In this document: positions 44,107 to 53,951 of the stretch, one piece after another | Position numbering within the stretch: the first letter of the stretch is position 1 | Layout: each line of letters starts with the position of its first letter | IMG/VR virus record: IMGVR_UViG_3300037520_002383 | Location: 18,925-82,924 of that record | DNA length: 64,000 bases | Direction: 5' to 3' (one strand) | Source: a virus | Position numbers and translations under genes: made by a program | Notes under the pieces: model-generated | What the model was told of the DNA's origin: nothing | Databases searched by the model: none | What the model saw: the letters and a program-made list of their open reading frames with translations, nothing else

Positions 44107-46104
44107 CGCGCAGACTCCCGATCAGATAATCCAGTATGCACTACCGTCGGACTGCACGCGAACGGCTTCGTGCTGAGAATATAGCACATAGTTAGTTGTA
44201 CCATCGATGGTACCGGCGATCGTTACGGTATTGGAAGATGTATCGATTTTTTTGATGGTAAAATGATATTCATTCGCAGAAGCCGCCGACGGCAAAGTAA
44301 TGGTTACGGCCCCGGAAGCGGCATTGACCAAGATTGTTCCATCGAATGTAGTGACGAGGTAGTTGGCGGTTTTGGTTGAGATGGGCGTCTTGAGGGCCTG
44401 AGGCACTACCCAAGAGAGGTTGCCAGAAGCATCATTTGATAGGACTTGGCCATTCACGCTGGCCTGAGACGCCGGCCAGCTATAGGCAATATTATTGATG
44501 CGCGTCAGATTGCCAGAAGAGCTGACGCGAAACTGCGACGATGAGCCGACGGAAAAGAAATCAGTGGGGTTGCTCGTGCCAATACCGACGCTACCGCCTG
44601 CCGTAATCCTCATGCGTTCGGTGGCGGCGCTGGCGGCGCTGGTGGTGCCGAACGCCAAGTCCGCGGAAAGAGTTGAAACTCCGTGATTGGTAAATACCCC
44701 CCACAATGCCGCGCCTTGAACCAAGGAGCCGCCAGTGCCGTTGGAGGCAAGCGTCAGCGTGTAGTAGTTGTTGTTCGTTGTGTCGGTATTTGCGAGCACC
44801 ACGCCAGACGCATCGGCATTCAGCGTCGTGTTGCTTGACGCCTTTGTCGCGCGCAGGCCGTGAACGGTGTTGTCACCGACAATATGCGCGGTGGCGGCGG
44901 GCGTGTTGGTATTGATACCCAGCCGTTGATTCTTCGTGTCGATGCCGAGGATCGTGGTGCCCGTCGCGTTCTGCACCTGAAACGCGGTGGTGCTGTCTGA
45001 TGTGTTTCTCGCCGTAACGTAACCGCCGTCGGCGATCGTGAAGGCGGCCGTGCCGTTGTCGCGGGCCAGGAAAATCGAAGCCGCCTGCGGGCCGTTGTCT
45101 GCGATGAGCGCGGCATCGGTATTGACAAGCGACGCCGTGAAAGGCGAGGCGTCAGTGTACAGCGAGAAGTAGCCGCCGATGATGTTGTTGCTGCCAGCCG
45201 AACGGATCGAGCCGCCGTACACACCCACTGATTTACCGGCGTTGCCAAGCGAAAGCCCCTGAATACCGACACTCAAAGTCGATGATCCGCCCGAGTAGCC
45301 GAGTGCGCCGACGCGCGTGCCCGAACCCGTGGGGGTCGTGCCTGTCGTCGTGGCGACGCTTAGGATTGCGCCGAAGTTGGCCTTCAGGGCGCCAGTGAAC
45401 GGCGTGAATGCCAGGACGCCCGTGCCCTCGGCATTGTTCTGGGTAGAGAAACCGACCGTGCGCCCCACCCCGGTGTAGCCCGTAGCGAGTTCCGCCACCT
45501 GCGCAACGACGAATCCATCACTCGATCCCTGTGGAATGACGGAAAAGTAGTTGGCGGTTTCGTAGCTATTTGCAACCGGAGCCGCCAAAGTGGCCGTCGT
45601 CTTGAGCGCTTGCTGTCCGCTGGCAAGCGTACCAGCGACGACGTCTAGCTTATTTGCGGGTATGTTCGTGCCGAGGCCAAGCCTGTTGTCTGTATCGTTC
45701 CAAAACAGGTTGGCGTTGTCTTGTGCGTAGACGCCAGAAGCACCTGCGAAGACAATACTCCCCGATGTAAGGGCCGTGCCCGTGCCCGTGCCGCCGTTGG
45801 CAACCCCTAATATACCCGTCAGCGACGAAGTTGGGATCGTGGTCCATACGCCGTCAGCGCGCAGGTAGTTGGTGGTGCCGCCGCCCGACGCCGGCGCCAG
45901 GCCCTTCAGGCTGCTTGTGAAGACGCTAAGTAGGGCGGTGACTTGAGTTCCTGTCAAGTCTTCGGGGGCGCCAGTGCCAGCCGTCGTTCGGCCCTTTATG
46001 GTCGCCGTCGGCACAGCCGCCAACTTGGCGTTGGTGACTACGGCACTGTCGATCGTCCATGTAGTACCACCACCCGAGACCGTGATATCGCCCTTGTCGC
46101 CGTC
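41200..46104 (-). repeat. five copies of a ~270-bp fibre repeat
   Basis: approx. 41200-41457, 41480-41742, 42370-42633, 42660-42925, 45845-46104. Confidence 0.85.
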
Positions 46105-46362
46105 TGTGGCTCCACCGCCACCGGTATCGATAACCCAAGTAAGGGGGCTGATCGCCGTGAGCTTATAGGCAAAGCCATCGGCTTGCACAGAAGCCCGCAT
46201 GCCGACCTTGAGTTTTTCCGTGGGGATCGCATCGCGCTCAGCGATGGTCGCCACGACCTGAAATCCACCCCAGATATCAGTGTCTTCAACGACGGGGAAG
46301 CTGAGGCCGTTTTTAGCCTTTACGGTATTGGCGACCTCAACGGGGCCGGGAATGGTAGTCAT
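44122..46362 (-). CDS. tail fibre protein
   Basis: one DGDKGDITVS repeat, GVANGGTG, RLGINT, ERMRI, C-terminal VTITLP..A...TIKKID. Confidence 0.8.
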   Translation of the reverse strand: MTTIPGPVEVANTVKAKNGLSFPVVEDTDIWGGFQVVATIAERDAIPTEKLKVGMRASVQADGFAYKLTAISPLTWVIDTGGGGATDGDKGDITVSGGGTTWTIDSAVVTNAKLAAVPTATIKGRTTAGTGAPEDLTGTQVTALLSVFTSSLKGLAPASGGGTTNYLRADGVWTTIPTSSLTGILGVANGGTGTGTALTSGSIVFAGASGVYAQDNANLFWNDTDNRLGLGTNIPANKLDVVAGTLASGQQALKTTATLAAPVANSYETANYFSVIPQGSSDGFVVAQVAELATGYTGVGRTVGFSTQNNAEGTGVLAFTPFTGALKANFGAILSVATTTGTTPTGSGTRVGALGYSGGSSTLSVGIQGLSLGNAGKSVGVYGGSIRSAGSNNIIGGYFSLYTDASPFTASLVNTDAALIADNGPQAASIFLARDNGTAAFTIADGGYVTARNTSDSTTAFQVQNATGTTILGIDTKNQRLGINTNTPAATAHIVGDNTVHGLRATKASSNTTLNADASGVVLANTDTTNNNYYTLTLASNGTGGSLVQGAALWGVFTNHGVSTLSADLAFGTTSAASAATERMRITAGGSVGIGTSNPTDFFSVGSSSQFRVSSSGNLTRINNIAYSWPASQASVNGQVLSNDASGNLSWVVPQALKTPISTKTANYLVTTFDGTILVNAASGAVTITLPSAASANEYHFTIKKIDTSSNTVTIAGTIDGTTNYVLYSQHEAVRVQSDGSAYWII

Positions 46363-47690
46363 AGGACCTCCACATTAGTGGTACCCAGACCCGCCTGAGC
46401 AGATCGATACACGCGATAAGAGACGCCATCCATGACGAGATTCGGGTTAGCGAGGATAAAGCCACCAACGACCTTTCCGACCTCGAATATGGCTTCGCCG
46501 TAGGCCACGGGGACTACAAACCAAATGTAGTATCCGGGATCAACGACGGTGGTAAACGAGGTTTGGCGGATGCCGGTGGCGCGGAATGCCAGGGCGCGAA
46601 CCTCGGACTCCCCCGTAATCTGCGTCGCTGCGCCAAAGAATACGCCGGGAACGGCGCCGGCGGCGGCGGGCGTGGGAGTCGGCGCGGCGCCAAAAGATAC
46701 TCCCAGCCCATCCAGGTCGCCGATCCACAACAAGTCATCCAGGGACTGAGTGTCGACATCGACAGGCACCCGCGCACCCCCGATGACGCGGATGCGATTG
46801 GTTACGGCCAAAATAGATGATTGAATATCCTTATTCCAAACTTGATGGATAATGCCCGTCAGTTGCAGGTATCTGCTGTAGCCCATTTCGGAGTCAAACT
46901 GGCTGTCGATATCAAGTTGCCCAGCAGATATAGAGGAGGCTTGAAATCCACGAGCCTCCAGATATCTTTCTCGATAACGCATCAGCGCATAGCGAATGGC
47001 CGCATACAGATACAGGGCATGTATTGGTTCGTGGTAACTATGACAGCCAACGCCGTAGAGTTCCCGCGAGACCTCCCCTTCCAATGGCATTAGGTATTTC
47101 TGGGGTGGCCAACGCAGGCGAAGATCCCTGAGGTCAATACGCAGCTGCTGGTTGTCAATCTTCACAACCTTCGACGACACCACCTCCGTTATCGGAAACG
47201 AACGGCCATTGCGTGTAAACAACACAACGCCGGAACTCAAGGGGGCTTGATAGGCGACATCGTCTGGAAGGGTAACGTAACCCGTCGTCCAATCAAAATC
47301 CCTAACCGTAAAGGGACGACTAAAAAATGGCTGTCCTCCATCGACCTTCTCGTATCCCGCCCAGTGGCTGTCACCTAATGTATTGTAAACTTCATCGCTT
47401 TTTTGGATTGCGATGGTAACAAACGTACCCTGACGAATGTTGTCGGGTACGCGAACGTTCGAAAATACCGGAATATCGGTATTCAAAAACCATTGTTTTG
47501 CCAGCTGAATCTGATTTTCGCCATACCCCGCGTGGTCGCGTGTCAGTTCATCCTGCGCCAAAGACGCCCAGATGTAATCCAGCTCATCGGGGCGCGCACG
47601 CAAGTCGGCAATAGCCGCCTCGATGGCGGTGCGAATGATGACGTCGCCCTGAAAAATACCGACGACTTCTGTTGAACGAACATCAGTCAT
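46359..47690 (-). CDS. tail terminator/neck-like structural protein
   Basis: GIFQGDVIIRTAI..; position in the neck cluster. Confidence 0.55.
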   Translation of the reverse strand: MTDVRSTEVVGIFQGDVIIRTAIEAAIADLRARPDELDYIWASLAQDELTRDHAGYGENQIQLAKQWFLNTDIPVFSNVRVPDNIRQGTFVTIAIQKSDEVYNTLGDSHWAGYEKVDGGQPFFSRPFTVRDFDWTTGYVTLPDDVAYQAPLSSGVVLFTRNGRSFPITEVVSSKVVKIDNQQLRIDLRDLRLRWPPQKYLMPLEGEVSRELYGVGCHSYHEPIHALYLYAAIRYALMRYRERYLEARGFQASSISAGQLDIDSQFDSEMGYSRYLQLTGIIHQVWNKDIQSSILAVTNRIRVIGGARVPVDVDTQSLDDLLWIGDLDGLGVSFGAAPTPTPAAAGAVPGVFFGAATQITGESEVRALAFRATGIRQTSFTTVVDPGYYIWFVVPVAYGEAIFEVGKVVGGFILANPNLVMDGVSYRVYRSAQAGLGTTNVEVL

Positions 47691-47749
47691 CGCAGCCTTC
47701 CCTTCACTACACCCCTTTGCCCACGCCAAAGGCGCCAGGAAGCGGGGGA

Positions 47750-47755
47750 AAGATT
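47750..47755 (-). promoter_or_regulatory. putative late promoter AATCTT
   Basis: intergenic, upstream of 47690. Confidence 0.55.
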
Positions 47756-47769
47756 CAGCGGCGAAGACG

Positions 47770-48621
47770 CTACTGGGCGTTTACCGACGTCAGGGCTTCA
47801 ATGATCTGAGGCAGGGCTTTCTCGGACCATTCTTTTTGCGCCCATTCTGCGGCCTCCTCAAAGAGGTGTTCCGCCGGCAGACCGGGATGAAACCAGCGCT
47901 TAGTGCCCGCATGTTTGGAGGAAACGATTCGAAACGTCATAACAGAGCGCTTCACCTTCTCCAACCCCGATTCTGTCTTGATGCGATGCTGATAGACGCG
48001 GACGCCATGCAGGAAGGGAATGCCCGTAGGCCCCTGACGAACTTGACCAATCTGTCCCCATCCCTGCCCCGCACCATGATGCGTCTTTAGGGGTTTCGAA
48101 GAGATGTCGAAGGCATGCAACATCCCCAATCGCGGACTGCCAGTGTCATCATTTTCGATTTTATTCCATGGAATCTTACGCTGAGCCATTTCCTTTTTGA
48201 TGGTGGAAATCAATGACTGCTGGGCTGGCGTCGTAGATGTCTGTCCTTTGCCTGGACCATGAGAAAAGGGAATCACGCGCCAACGATGGCCATCTTTAGA
48301 CGTATGAACCCGCATCTTGCCGCCCTTAGGCGTCAACAGGTCCTCAACCATGGAATGCGGTTCCAGGCCGTCATCAATCCAACGCACGCTCTTGTCGAGA
48401 ATCACAATCCAGGTATTATCATCTTCTTGAGCAAACGAAAGACCAGATAAGTAAGGTTTTAGGCGGGAGTGAAGCCGCGCGTTAGCGCCTTCAATGATGT
48501 GCGCATGTGCAGCTGCAGCGACATCGCGCGCCGCCCTCTGGACTAGCTGATTGATGACTTCCGGCTCCAGATTCTGCGCAAGGGTGGTCAACGCAGAGGT
48601 ATCCAAAAAGACGCGCAACAT
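47770..48621 (-). CDS. head-tail/neck completion protein (HK97 gp10-like)
   Basis: MTFRIVSSK...WFHPGLPAEHLFEEA; SD GGAGG. Confidence 0.6.
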   Translation of the reverse strand: MLRVFLDTSALTTLAQNLEPEVINQLVQRAARDVAAAAHAHIIEGANARLHSRLKPYLSGLSFAQEDDNTWIVILDKSVRWIDDGLEPHSMVEDLLTPKGGKMRVHTSKDGHRWRVIPFSHGPGKGQTSTTPAQQSLISTIKKEMAQRKIPWNKIENDDTGSPRLGMLHAFDISSKPLKTHHGAGQGWGQIGQVRQGPTGIPFLHGVRVYQHRIKTESGLEKVKRSVMTFRIVSSKHAGTKRWFHPGLPAEHLFEEAAEWAQKEWSEKALPQIIEALTSVNAQ

Positions 48622-48637
48622 GGCCACCTCCTATATA

Positions 48638-49975
48638 TTATCTCCCACGGGGGTTACGGCTCGAAAGAGGGTGGCTGGCGTGACCAAGAATCGGTGGTGC
48701 ATTGCGGTCGGCGACTGAAGTCACCTGTCCTGCCCGCGCCTGAATCCATGACACTGTACCATCAGCATGCTTCACCTTGATCTTGCCGACTTTGCGTCGA
48801 TCGCCGGTTGGCCCGCCCTCAATCATCGTCCCCGGCGGCAGGTTCAGATGACGACGTTTGGCAAGTTCCTCTTTTTCCAAGGGCATGCAAGCTTCCAGAT
48901 CCGAGTAGTAGCGAGGAGATTCCTTCAAATGCGCAAGAGCGATCTTAGCGATCTCTTTGGCGTCGGTGCTGACGTCGGCGTGCTCGCGTTCATGCCTGAT
49001 GCCTTTCTGCCATTCCTCAGGAGAAATCACATCGAAGTCTACACCCAACTCTTCGCCCAGCCCCTGGGCTTCTGCCACCGAAACGCCATCCATGACATCA
49101 ACTTTTTCCGATTTCTTGACTTCGGACTTAGCTGGAAGCGCACGGGCCAGTTCAATGACGCCCTGAATCAGAGCCTCCACAGAGGCATAGGCCGCCGGAG
49201 AAGCTGCTTTGAGCTGTGCCAACATAGGCGCCTGTTGACGAACTTGCTGCAACACGCTCGCTATCTTCTTTTTGGTCTCAGTGAGTCTCTCGCTTTGTCC
49301 CTGATCTTGCTGTTCGTCGCCGGTGTCGGCAAGTTCATGCAGATCGTCGATGAGATCGGCGGCGTGCGTCATTTCTGGCGACGGTGGCGTCTCCGCACCC
49401 GCAATCGCCTCTGAAAGAGCCGCTTCGCCCTCGCTGTGTTCGCTGGCTTCCTTCATTGGCGACGCTGGCGCGGCGGCGGGCCGCGAACGCGAAAAGCCCG
49501 TAAAACCGCCGTGGGCACCCGGATTTTCCGATAAAGCCTTCTGAAGGTCTGGCTTGGCTCGACCGCCTTGTCCTTCGATGTCCTGGTCTAGCTTCGCCGC
49601 CACCTCTGCACTCCACAAAACAGGCGTGCCACCGCGATACTCAGCCGCATAGCGACGAGCCTGCAGAGCCTTTTCGATGCTGGAGCCAATACCTACAGCC
49701 ACACCCTTTTCATCCAGAGCCTCCTGAAATCGTTGTCGCTGTCGCATGACCTGAGGCAACGCCCGAGGCGGTACCGAAACCACGCCCTCGCTGCCCGAGA
49801 GCATAACTACGCCGCCACCCAGTGCCTGAGCCCACAACACCCAAGAATCTTGGGTTGCCTTTTGCATCAGCTGATGCAGTCGCTGCAATCCCTCAGAATG
49901 AGCCGCCGCCACCATCGGCGCCATGCGATGGCCCATGTGGCATTGCCAAGCAACGTACAGCTTTTGCTGGTTCAT
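48638..49975 (-). CDS. head polyprotein: degenerate mCpol/palm domain plus DUF5661-like domain
   Basis: WAQALGGGVVMLSGSEG...VAVGIG; KGIRHEREH...KIALAHLKESPRYYSDL. Confidence 0.55.
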   Translation of the reverse strand: MNQQKLYVAWQCHMGHRMAPMVAAAHSEGLQRLHQLMQKATQDSWVLWAQALGGGVVMLSGSEGVVSVPPRALPQVMRQRQRFQEALDEKGVAVGIGSSIEKALQARRYAAEYRGGTPVLWSAEVAAKLDQDIEGQGGRAKPDLQKALSENPGAHGGFTGFSRSRPAAAPASPMKEASEHSEGEAALSEAIAGAETPPSPEMTHAADLIDDLHELADTGDEQQDQGQSERLTETKKKIASVLQQVRQQAPMLAQLKAASPAAYASVEALIQGVIELARALPAKSEVKKSEKVDVMDGVSVAEAQGLGEELGVDFDVISPEEWQKGIRHEREHADVSTDAKEIAKIALAHLKESPRYYSDLEACMPLEKEELAKRRHLNLPPGTMIEGGPTGDRRKVGKIKVKHADGTVSWIQARAGQVTSVADRNAPPILGHASHPLSSRNPRGR

Positions 49976-49994
49976 GACGACCCCTTAGAACGCG

Positions 49995-50000
49995 AAGATT
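49995..50000 (-). promoter_or_regulatory. putative late promoter AATCTT
   Basis: 20 nt upstream of ATG 49975. Confidence 0.55.
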
Positions 50001-50009
50001 GCGGTAAGA

Positions 50010-51245
50010 TCAGCGCTTTAGTACCTGATCGGGATGCGTCAGGCCCATCTTGGCGCCCGCCTGATCGATCAAGCCCAAGGCCGTCTCCAGCGGCATCTTC
50101 TGCGTCGAAGGCACAAACCCCTCATCGGAGGGTTCGGTGAACTGGCCGGTGACGGCGCGATGAACGGCGTCATGCATCACCGTGTTGAGTTCCTTGTGAA
50201 AGACATCGTCGGGAATGTGCAAGCCGATCTTCTCCGACAACTCACGCTGCTTGTGAGCCGCCAGCCACTCCCAATGCACGGCCCGCTTAGCCTCGCGCAT
50301 GCTGCGATGAATGCCCAGTTTGCCGATGCGGCGCCCTTCCCCGTACATCTTGTTGAGTTCAGGATACACCAAGGCGTGAGACAGTTCGTGGATCTGACGC
50401 CAAGCATCGGTGTAGTCGCGATCGCCAAAATCGCCACCCGAAGCCGGCGTGGGATCGTAAACCATCAAGTGGTTCGTGTTGTAGTTGCGGTTGGCGAGAT
50501 CCGGCTTCCCGTGCTGGCCACCGGCATAGTAGGTCTGAAATCCGTGGTGGGCGACCAGATCACGAACTGCCGGCAGCTTGCCGCGGTAATCGTAGTGGAA
50601 GAGATCGCTCTTCGTCCCCGGACGAACTTCGCCGTAGGGCTTGGCGTAGTGGGCGTATGTCGACACCCCCACCCCCGCAGCCTGCTCGTTGGCGGACTTC
50701 GGCGGCGCATCCATATGAGGATGAGCGCCGGGCTTCGGCGGCGCCGGCGGATTGTCGGCCTTCGCCAGCCCCGCGAGGTGCATGCGCGTGTGGCCATCAT
50801 GCCACGGATAGGCGTGGGGGTGCGAGTAGCGTCCCCGCGGTGCCTCTGACTTCGCCAGAGCCTGCTCCTGCGGCAGGTGGCTGTCGGCGCCGTGGCCACG
50901 GAATCGATAAAGGCCTTTTTGATCCCGCAGACGCTGCGTGACTTCCGACGGCACGGGACCAATCGGCTCCATTCCCAAAGCCTTCAGGTGCTGCGAGTAC
51001 AGGGCGCCATGACGCTGTGCCTCTTCGATTGCACCCGCAGCCTTTGCCGTCCTGGCGCCCATCAGGTGATGGGCAGCAGCATTGAGGTGCTGCTCGCGGA
51101 CGTATTCGTCGTAGGTTTTGCGTTCGGCGGCTTCGCGCGTCAGGCCATGGCCGAACTCCAACACCGCCGCTCGACGATCGAGTTCGGCGGCATGTTTATC
51201 GTCAATCAGCCGTCGCCCCTGCCAAAGGCCATCATTCTTAGTCAT
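50010..51245 (-). CDS. head polyprotein with C-terminal zincin-like domain
   Basis: LAKSE, LAKAD linkers; QIHELSHAL...VHWEWLA. Confidence 0.6.
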   Translation of the reverse strand: MTKNDGLWQGRRLIDDKHAAELDRRAAVLEFGHGLTREAAERKTYDEYVREQHLNAAAHHLMGARTAKAAGAIEEAQRHGALYSQHLKALGMEPIGPVPSEVTQRLRDQKGLYRFRGHGADSHLPQEQALAKSEAPRGRYSHPHAYPWHDGHTRMHLAGLAKADNPPAPPKPGAHPHMDAPPKSANEQAAGVGVSTYAHYAKPYGEVRPGTKSDLFHYDYRGKLPAVRDLVAHHGFQTYYAGGQHGKPDLANRNYNTNHLMVYDPTPASGGDFGDRDYTDAWRQIHELSHALVYPELNKMYGEGRRIGKLGIHRSMREAKRAVHWEWLAAHKQRELSEKIGLHIPDDVFHKELNTVMHDAVHRAVTGQFTEPSDEGFVPSTQKMPLETALGLIDQAGAKMGLTHPDQVLKR

Positions 51246-52698
51246 GGCTTCGTACCCCATAGACATTATCCAAAAAAGCCAAGATGGCATTTTCTTTCCA
51301 TTTGCCACCGAAGGAAAGTAAGTACGAAGAATCCGTCTTTTCGAGTCTTACATCAGACGCCAGATCGCGGAAGCAATGGCATGCCTCAAAACGACCGTCA
51401 GCCGACAGCCGTTGACCATCGCAAACGCCACAGGCCGTAGACAGCTGTTTTTCTGAGAGACGTAGCGACGGCAACTTTATTGCAGTTGAATCCAGCTTAG
51501 GTTGTCGTGGCCGCAGTTTTGGGGGTTGACTCTGTTGGCGAGTAGGGGGATTGGGTGCCAATGGGCCACCCTGGGGGGTGGGTTTGTTGGCGGGCCCCGG
51601 CGCCTCCGTTCTTCCCTTGCCCGCCTTCTCTAGATCCGAGTGCAGTTGATTGAAGTCGAAGTAGTGCGTAAAAACACGACCGTCGGGAAGAATGGTATAG
51701 TAATCCTCAGGCTTTTGATTATGCCACTGAGTGCCTTGCCCCGGATGATATTTACCTACATTTTCACCATTGACCATCAACATCTTATGGCTAGCGCCAT
51801 CTGAATGAATAACCGATTCCTGTCCCAGATCTCGCGCCAGCCCCTCAATCAACTTCGGATTTTTGGGATTGTAAATGATGAGGGAGTTTTCGGGTCGGCC
51901 ATAGCTACCGACGGTCGGATGCGCGTCCTCTCCTGCATCCCGCAGATACTGAAGGGCCTGCTGATTGCTGAGATTTTTAGCTTGAGGGAACAGGGGGTTT
52001 TCAGCCGACATCAGGGTGTGGGGCGGCAGGGAAGATTCGTTCTTTTTCAAGGCTGAGGTCTTGTTCATCAAGCCAAGGAGTACATCCACCATCTTCTTTT
52101 CCAGCGTCGAGTATTTTGTGTCGATCTGCCAAGAATGAAGACGGAGATCGTCGGGTCGCACGCCCGTCAGCGTCAATACGCCAGCTTGGTGGTTGTTGCC
52201 ATCAAGAGCCCTGATGATGGTGCGCGGCGGCTCTTCCTGAACATCATATTCCTTTTCAAAAGAAAGGGTCTTTTCTGCGGCGCTTTTGCGCAGGACCGCA
52301 TGAGCCACCCGAGCCCGAACTAGCGCGTCTACGCTTTTGCCGAGACGATACAGATGATCGTCGCTCACGGCAACCGACACTCGCTGGCGCTCTAATCCAA
52401 GACCAACACCTAGCGCCGCCGCGACGTGCAACAGAGAAGCGTCTTGAAATGTATAGTTGATGTCGGCGACCGACATGCAGCCGCTAAAGCCGGCTTCTGT
52501 CTTTTGCAAGACCAGGCGTCCGCCGCCTCCCGGAATCTCACCGTCATAGCCGCGTCCAGCGAGGCTCAGCCACGCATATAGTGCGCGCGGCAGCATTGCG
52601 TTATCGAGATGCGGCAGCCTTTGGGCGGCCTTTTGCAGAGCCGCGGCCCCTTCCATCCCCACAAGCGCCGTCAAAATCTGATGTCGATCCATAGTCAT
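51238..52698 (-). CDS. head polyprotein containing a T3-type SAM-lyase-like domain and a C-terminal Zn ribbon
   Basis: LMSAENP..VGSYGRPENSLII..LGQESVI..YYTILPDG; CGVC..CHCF. Confidence 0.6.
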   Translation of the reverse strand: MTMDRHQILTALVGMEGAAALQKAAQRLPHLDNAMLPRALYAWLSLAGRGYDGEIPGGGGRLVLQKTEAGFSGCMSVADINYTFQDASLLHVAAALGVGLGLERQRVSVAVSDDHLYRLGKSVDALVRARVAHAVLRKSAAEKTLSFEKEYDVQEEPPRTIIRALDGNNHQAGVLTLTGVRPDDLRLHSWQIDTKYSTLEKKMVDVLLGLMNKTSALKKNESSLPPHTLMSAENPLFPQAKNLSNQQALQYLRDAGEDAHPTVGSYGRPENSLIIYNPKNPKLIEGLARDLGQESVIHSDGASHKMLMVNGENVGKYHPGQGTQWHNQKPEDYYTILPDGRVFTHYFDFNQLHSDLEKAGKGRTEAPGPANKPTPQGGPLAPNPPTRQQSQPPKLRPRQPKLDSTAIKLPSLRLSEKQLSTACGVCDGQRLSADGRFEACHCFRDLASDVRLEKTDSSYLLSFGGKWKENAILAFLDNVYGVRSHD

Positions 52699-53591
52699 CA
52701 CCTGGGGCTAAATGTGCCGACACGCGGCGCTGGAGCTTGTCGCGGAGTTACGGGAGGCGACAGAGCGTCGCCTTCAACGGGCGCCGACTCCGACTCAAAC
52801 AAGTATTCTCTCTGAATAGCCAAACTCATGGGCATACGCTGAACGCGACTCGTCCCGTCTGGCATCTCGCCTCTCGCCACACGCACTTCGTGCATGAGCT
52901 GTGTCACATACCAATAGGGGCGATAGAGGTAGCGAATGCCACATACCACACCCCCATCGCCCGGTATCGGCCCCTTGGGTCGGCGGCGGTCATCCCACAC
53001 AATCATCCCATGATCAATAGTAAAATCTACGTTTTGTGCGTAGCGATTGCCGTCGCTATCGACAAGATCGACTACATACTCAACGGGAAAACTGCAACGG
53101 TCCTTGCCAGTGATGGAACACTCAAAGACCTCCCAGTTTGTCACAAAGATGCCGGGCTCAGTCAAATACAACCTATCATATTTCGTGGCATAAAACGGGG
53201 TTTGCGTACTATCATAAAATCTAGGAGTAGTGACTTGGGCTACGCCATCTCCCACCAAACCGCCGGTTGTCTGACGATCAACGGCGTTGTTGCCGGTAAA
53301 GATGGCGGTGATTTGACCGCCGAGAGTATACAAGAATCCGTGACTGCAACCAGGATGATTATCATGCATTTTGCGGATGTCGGTCGTCGTAGCTAGACCA
53401 ATCGGACAGCGCATGGCACGATAATGCAGGAACTGAACGCCGTGGCTGAAGATGGCGTTATCGAAAGCATCAGTATCAAAAGACGAGGCGTCGCGAGGGA
53501 AATCGGCGACTAGGGCCACAGCAGGCGGTGGCTCTGAAATCGTCTGACCGCCGATAATGGGATAAGTAGAAGTTTTGATGCCACTCGACAT
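52698..53591 (-). CDS. head closure/neck protein
   Basis: HYRAMRCP...CSHGFLY, KYDRLYL, YLYRPYWYV..L.HEVR. Confidence 0.65.
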   Translation of the reverse strand: MSSGIKTSTYPIIGGQTISEPPPAVALVADFPRDASSFDTDAFDNAIFSHGVQFLHYRAMRCPIGLATTTDIRKMHDNHPGCSHGFLYTLGGQITAIFTGNNAVDRQTTGGLVGDGVAQVTTPRFYDSTQTPFYATKYDRLYLTEPGIFVTNWEVFECSITGKDRCSFPVEYVVDLVDSDGNRYAQNVDFTIDHGMIVWDDRRRPKGPIPGDGGVVCGIRYLYRPYWYVTQLMHEVRVARGEMPDGTSRVQRMPMSLAIQREYLFESESAPVEGDALSPPVTPRQAPAPRVGTFSPR

Positions 53592-53594
53592 GGA

Positions 53595-53912
53595 TCAATA
53601 CCCCTGGCGGCCACGAACGGCGTTGGTGATGGCTTCCCACTTCGGTAGTAGATGACGAATGCAGTCTTCTCCAACGAACTCGGATTTATTGAGTTCCGTG
53701 AACTGAAGCCCCTTGGCTTTCTTGGAGGCCAACCACCGCGCCACAGCCTTATGGCTGCCGACGCCCAGGGTCTCTGTGCCTTTTTTGCGCGCCGCCAATA
53801 CCATATACAGACCGCCAACGGTCGAGACTTCATAGACAGCGTCTTCGCCGTCAACACCGATCTTTTTCTTGGATCGGACTTCTGAAGCGGGAATGGTTGC
53901 GGCTGTCGACAT
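53595..53912 (-). CDS. small head protein
   Basis: TVGGLY..LGVGSHKAVA..ELNKSE; SD GGAGG. Confidence 0.6.
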   Translation of the reverse strand: MSTAATIPASEVRSKKKIGVDGEDAVYEVSTVGGLYMVLAARKKGTETLGVGSHKAVARWLASKKAKGLQFTELNKSEFVGEDCIRHLLPKWEAITNAVRGRQGY

Positions 53913-53942
53913 AATGGCCTCCAAGGGTCGTACTCGCCCTAA

Positions 53943-53948
53943 AAGATT
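53943..53948 (-). promoter_or_regulatory. putative late promoter AATCTT
   Basis: 31 nt upstream of ATG 53912. Confidence 0.6.
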
Positions 53949-53951
53949 GCC

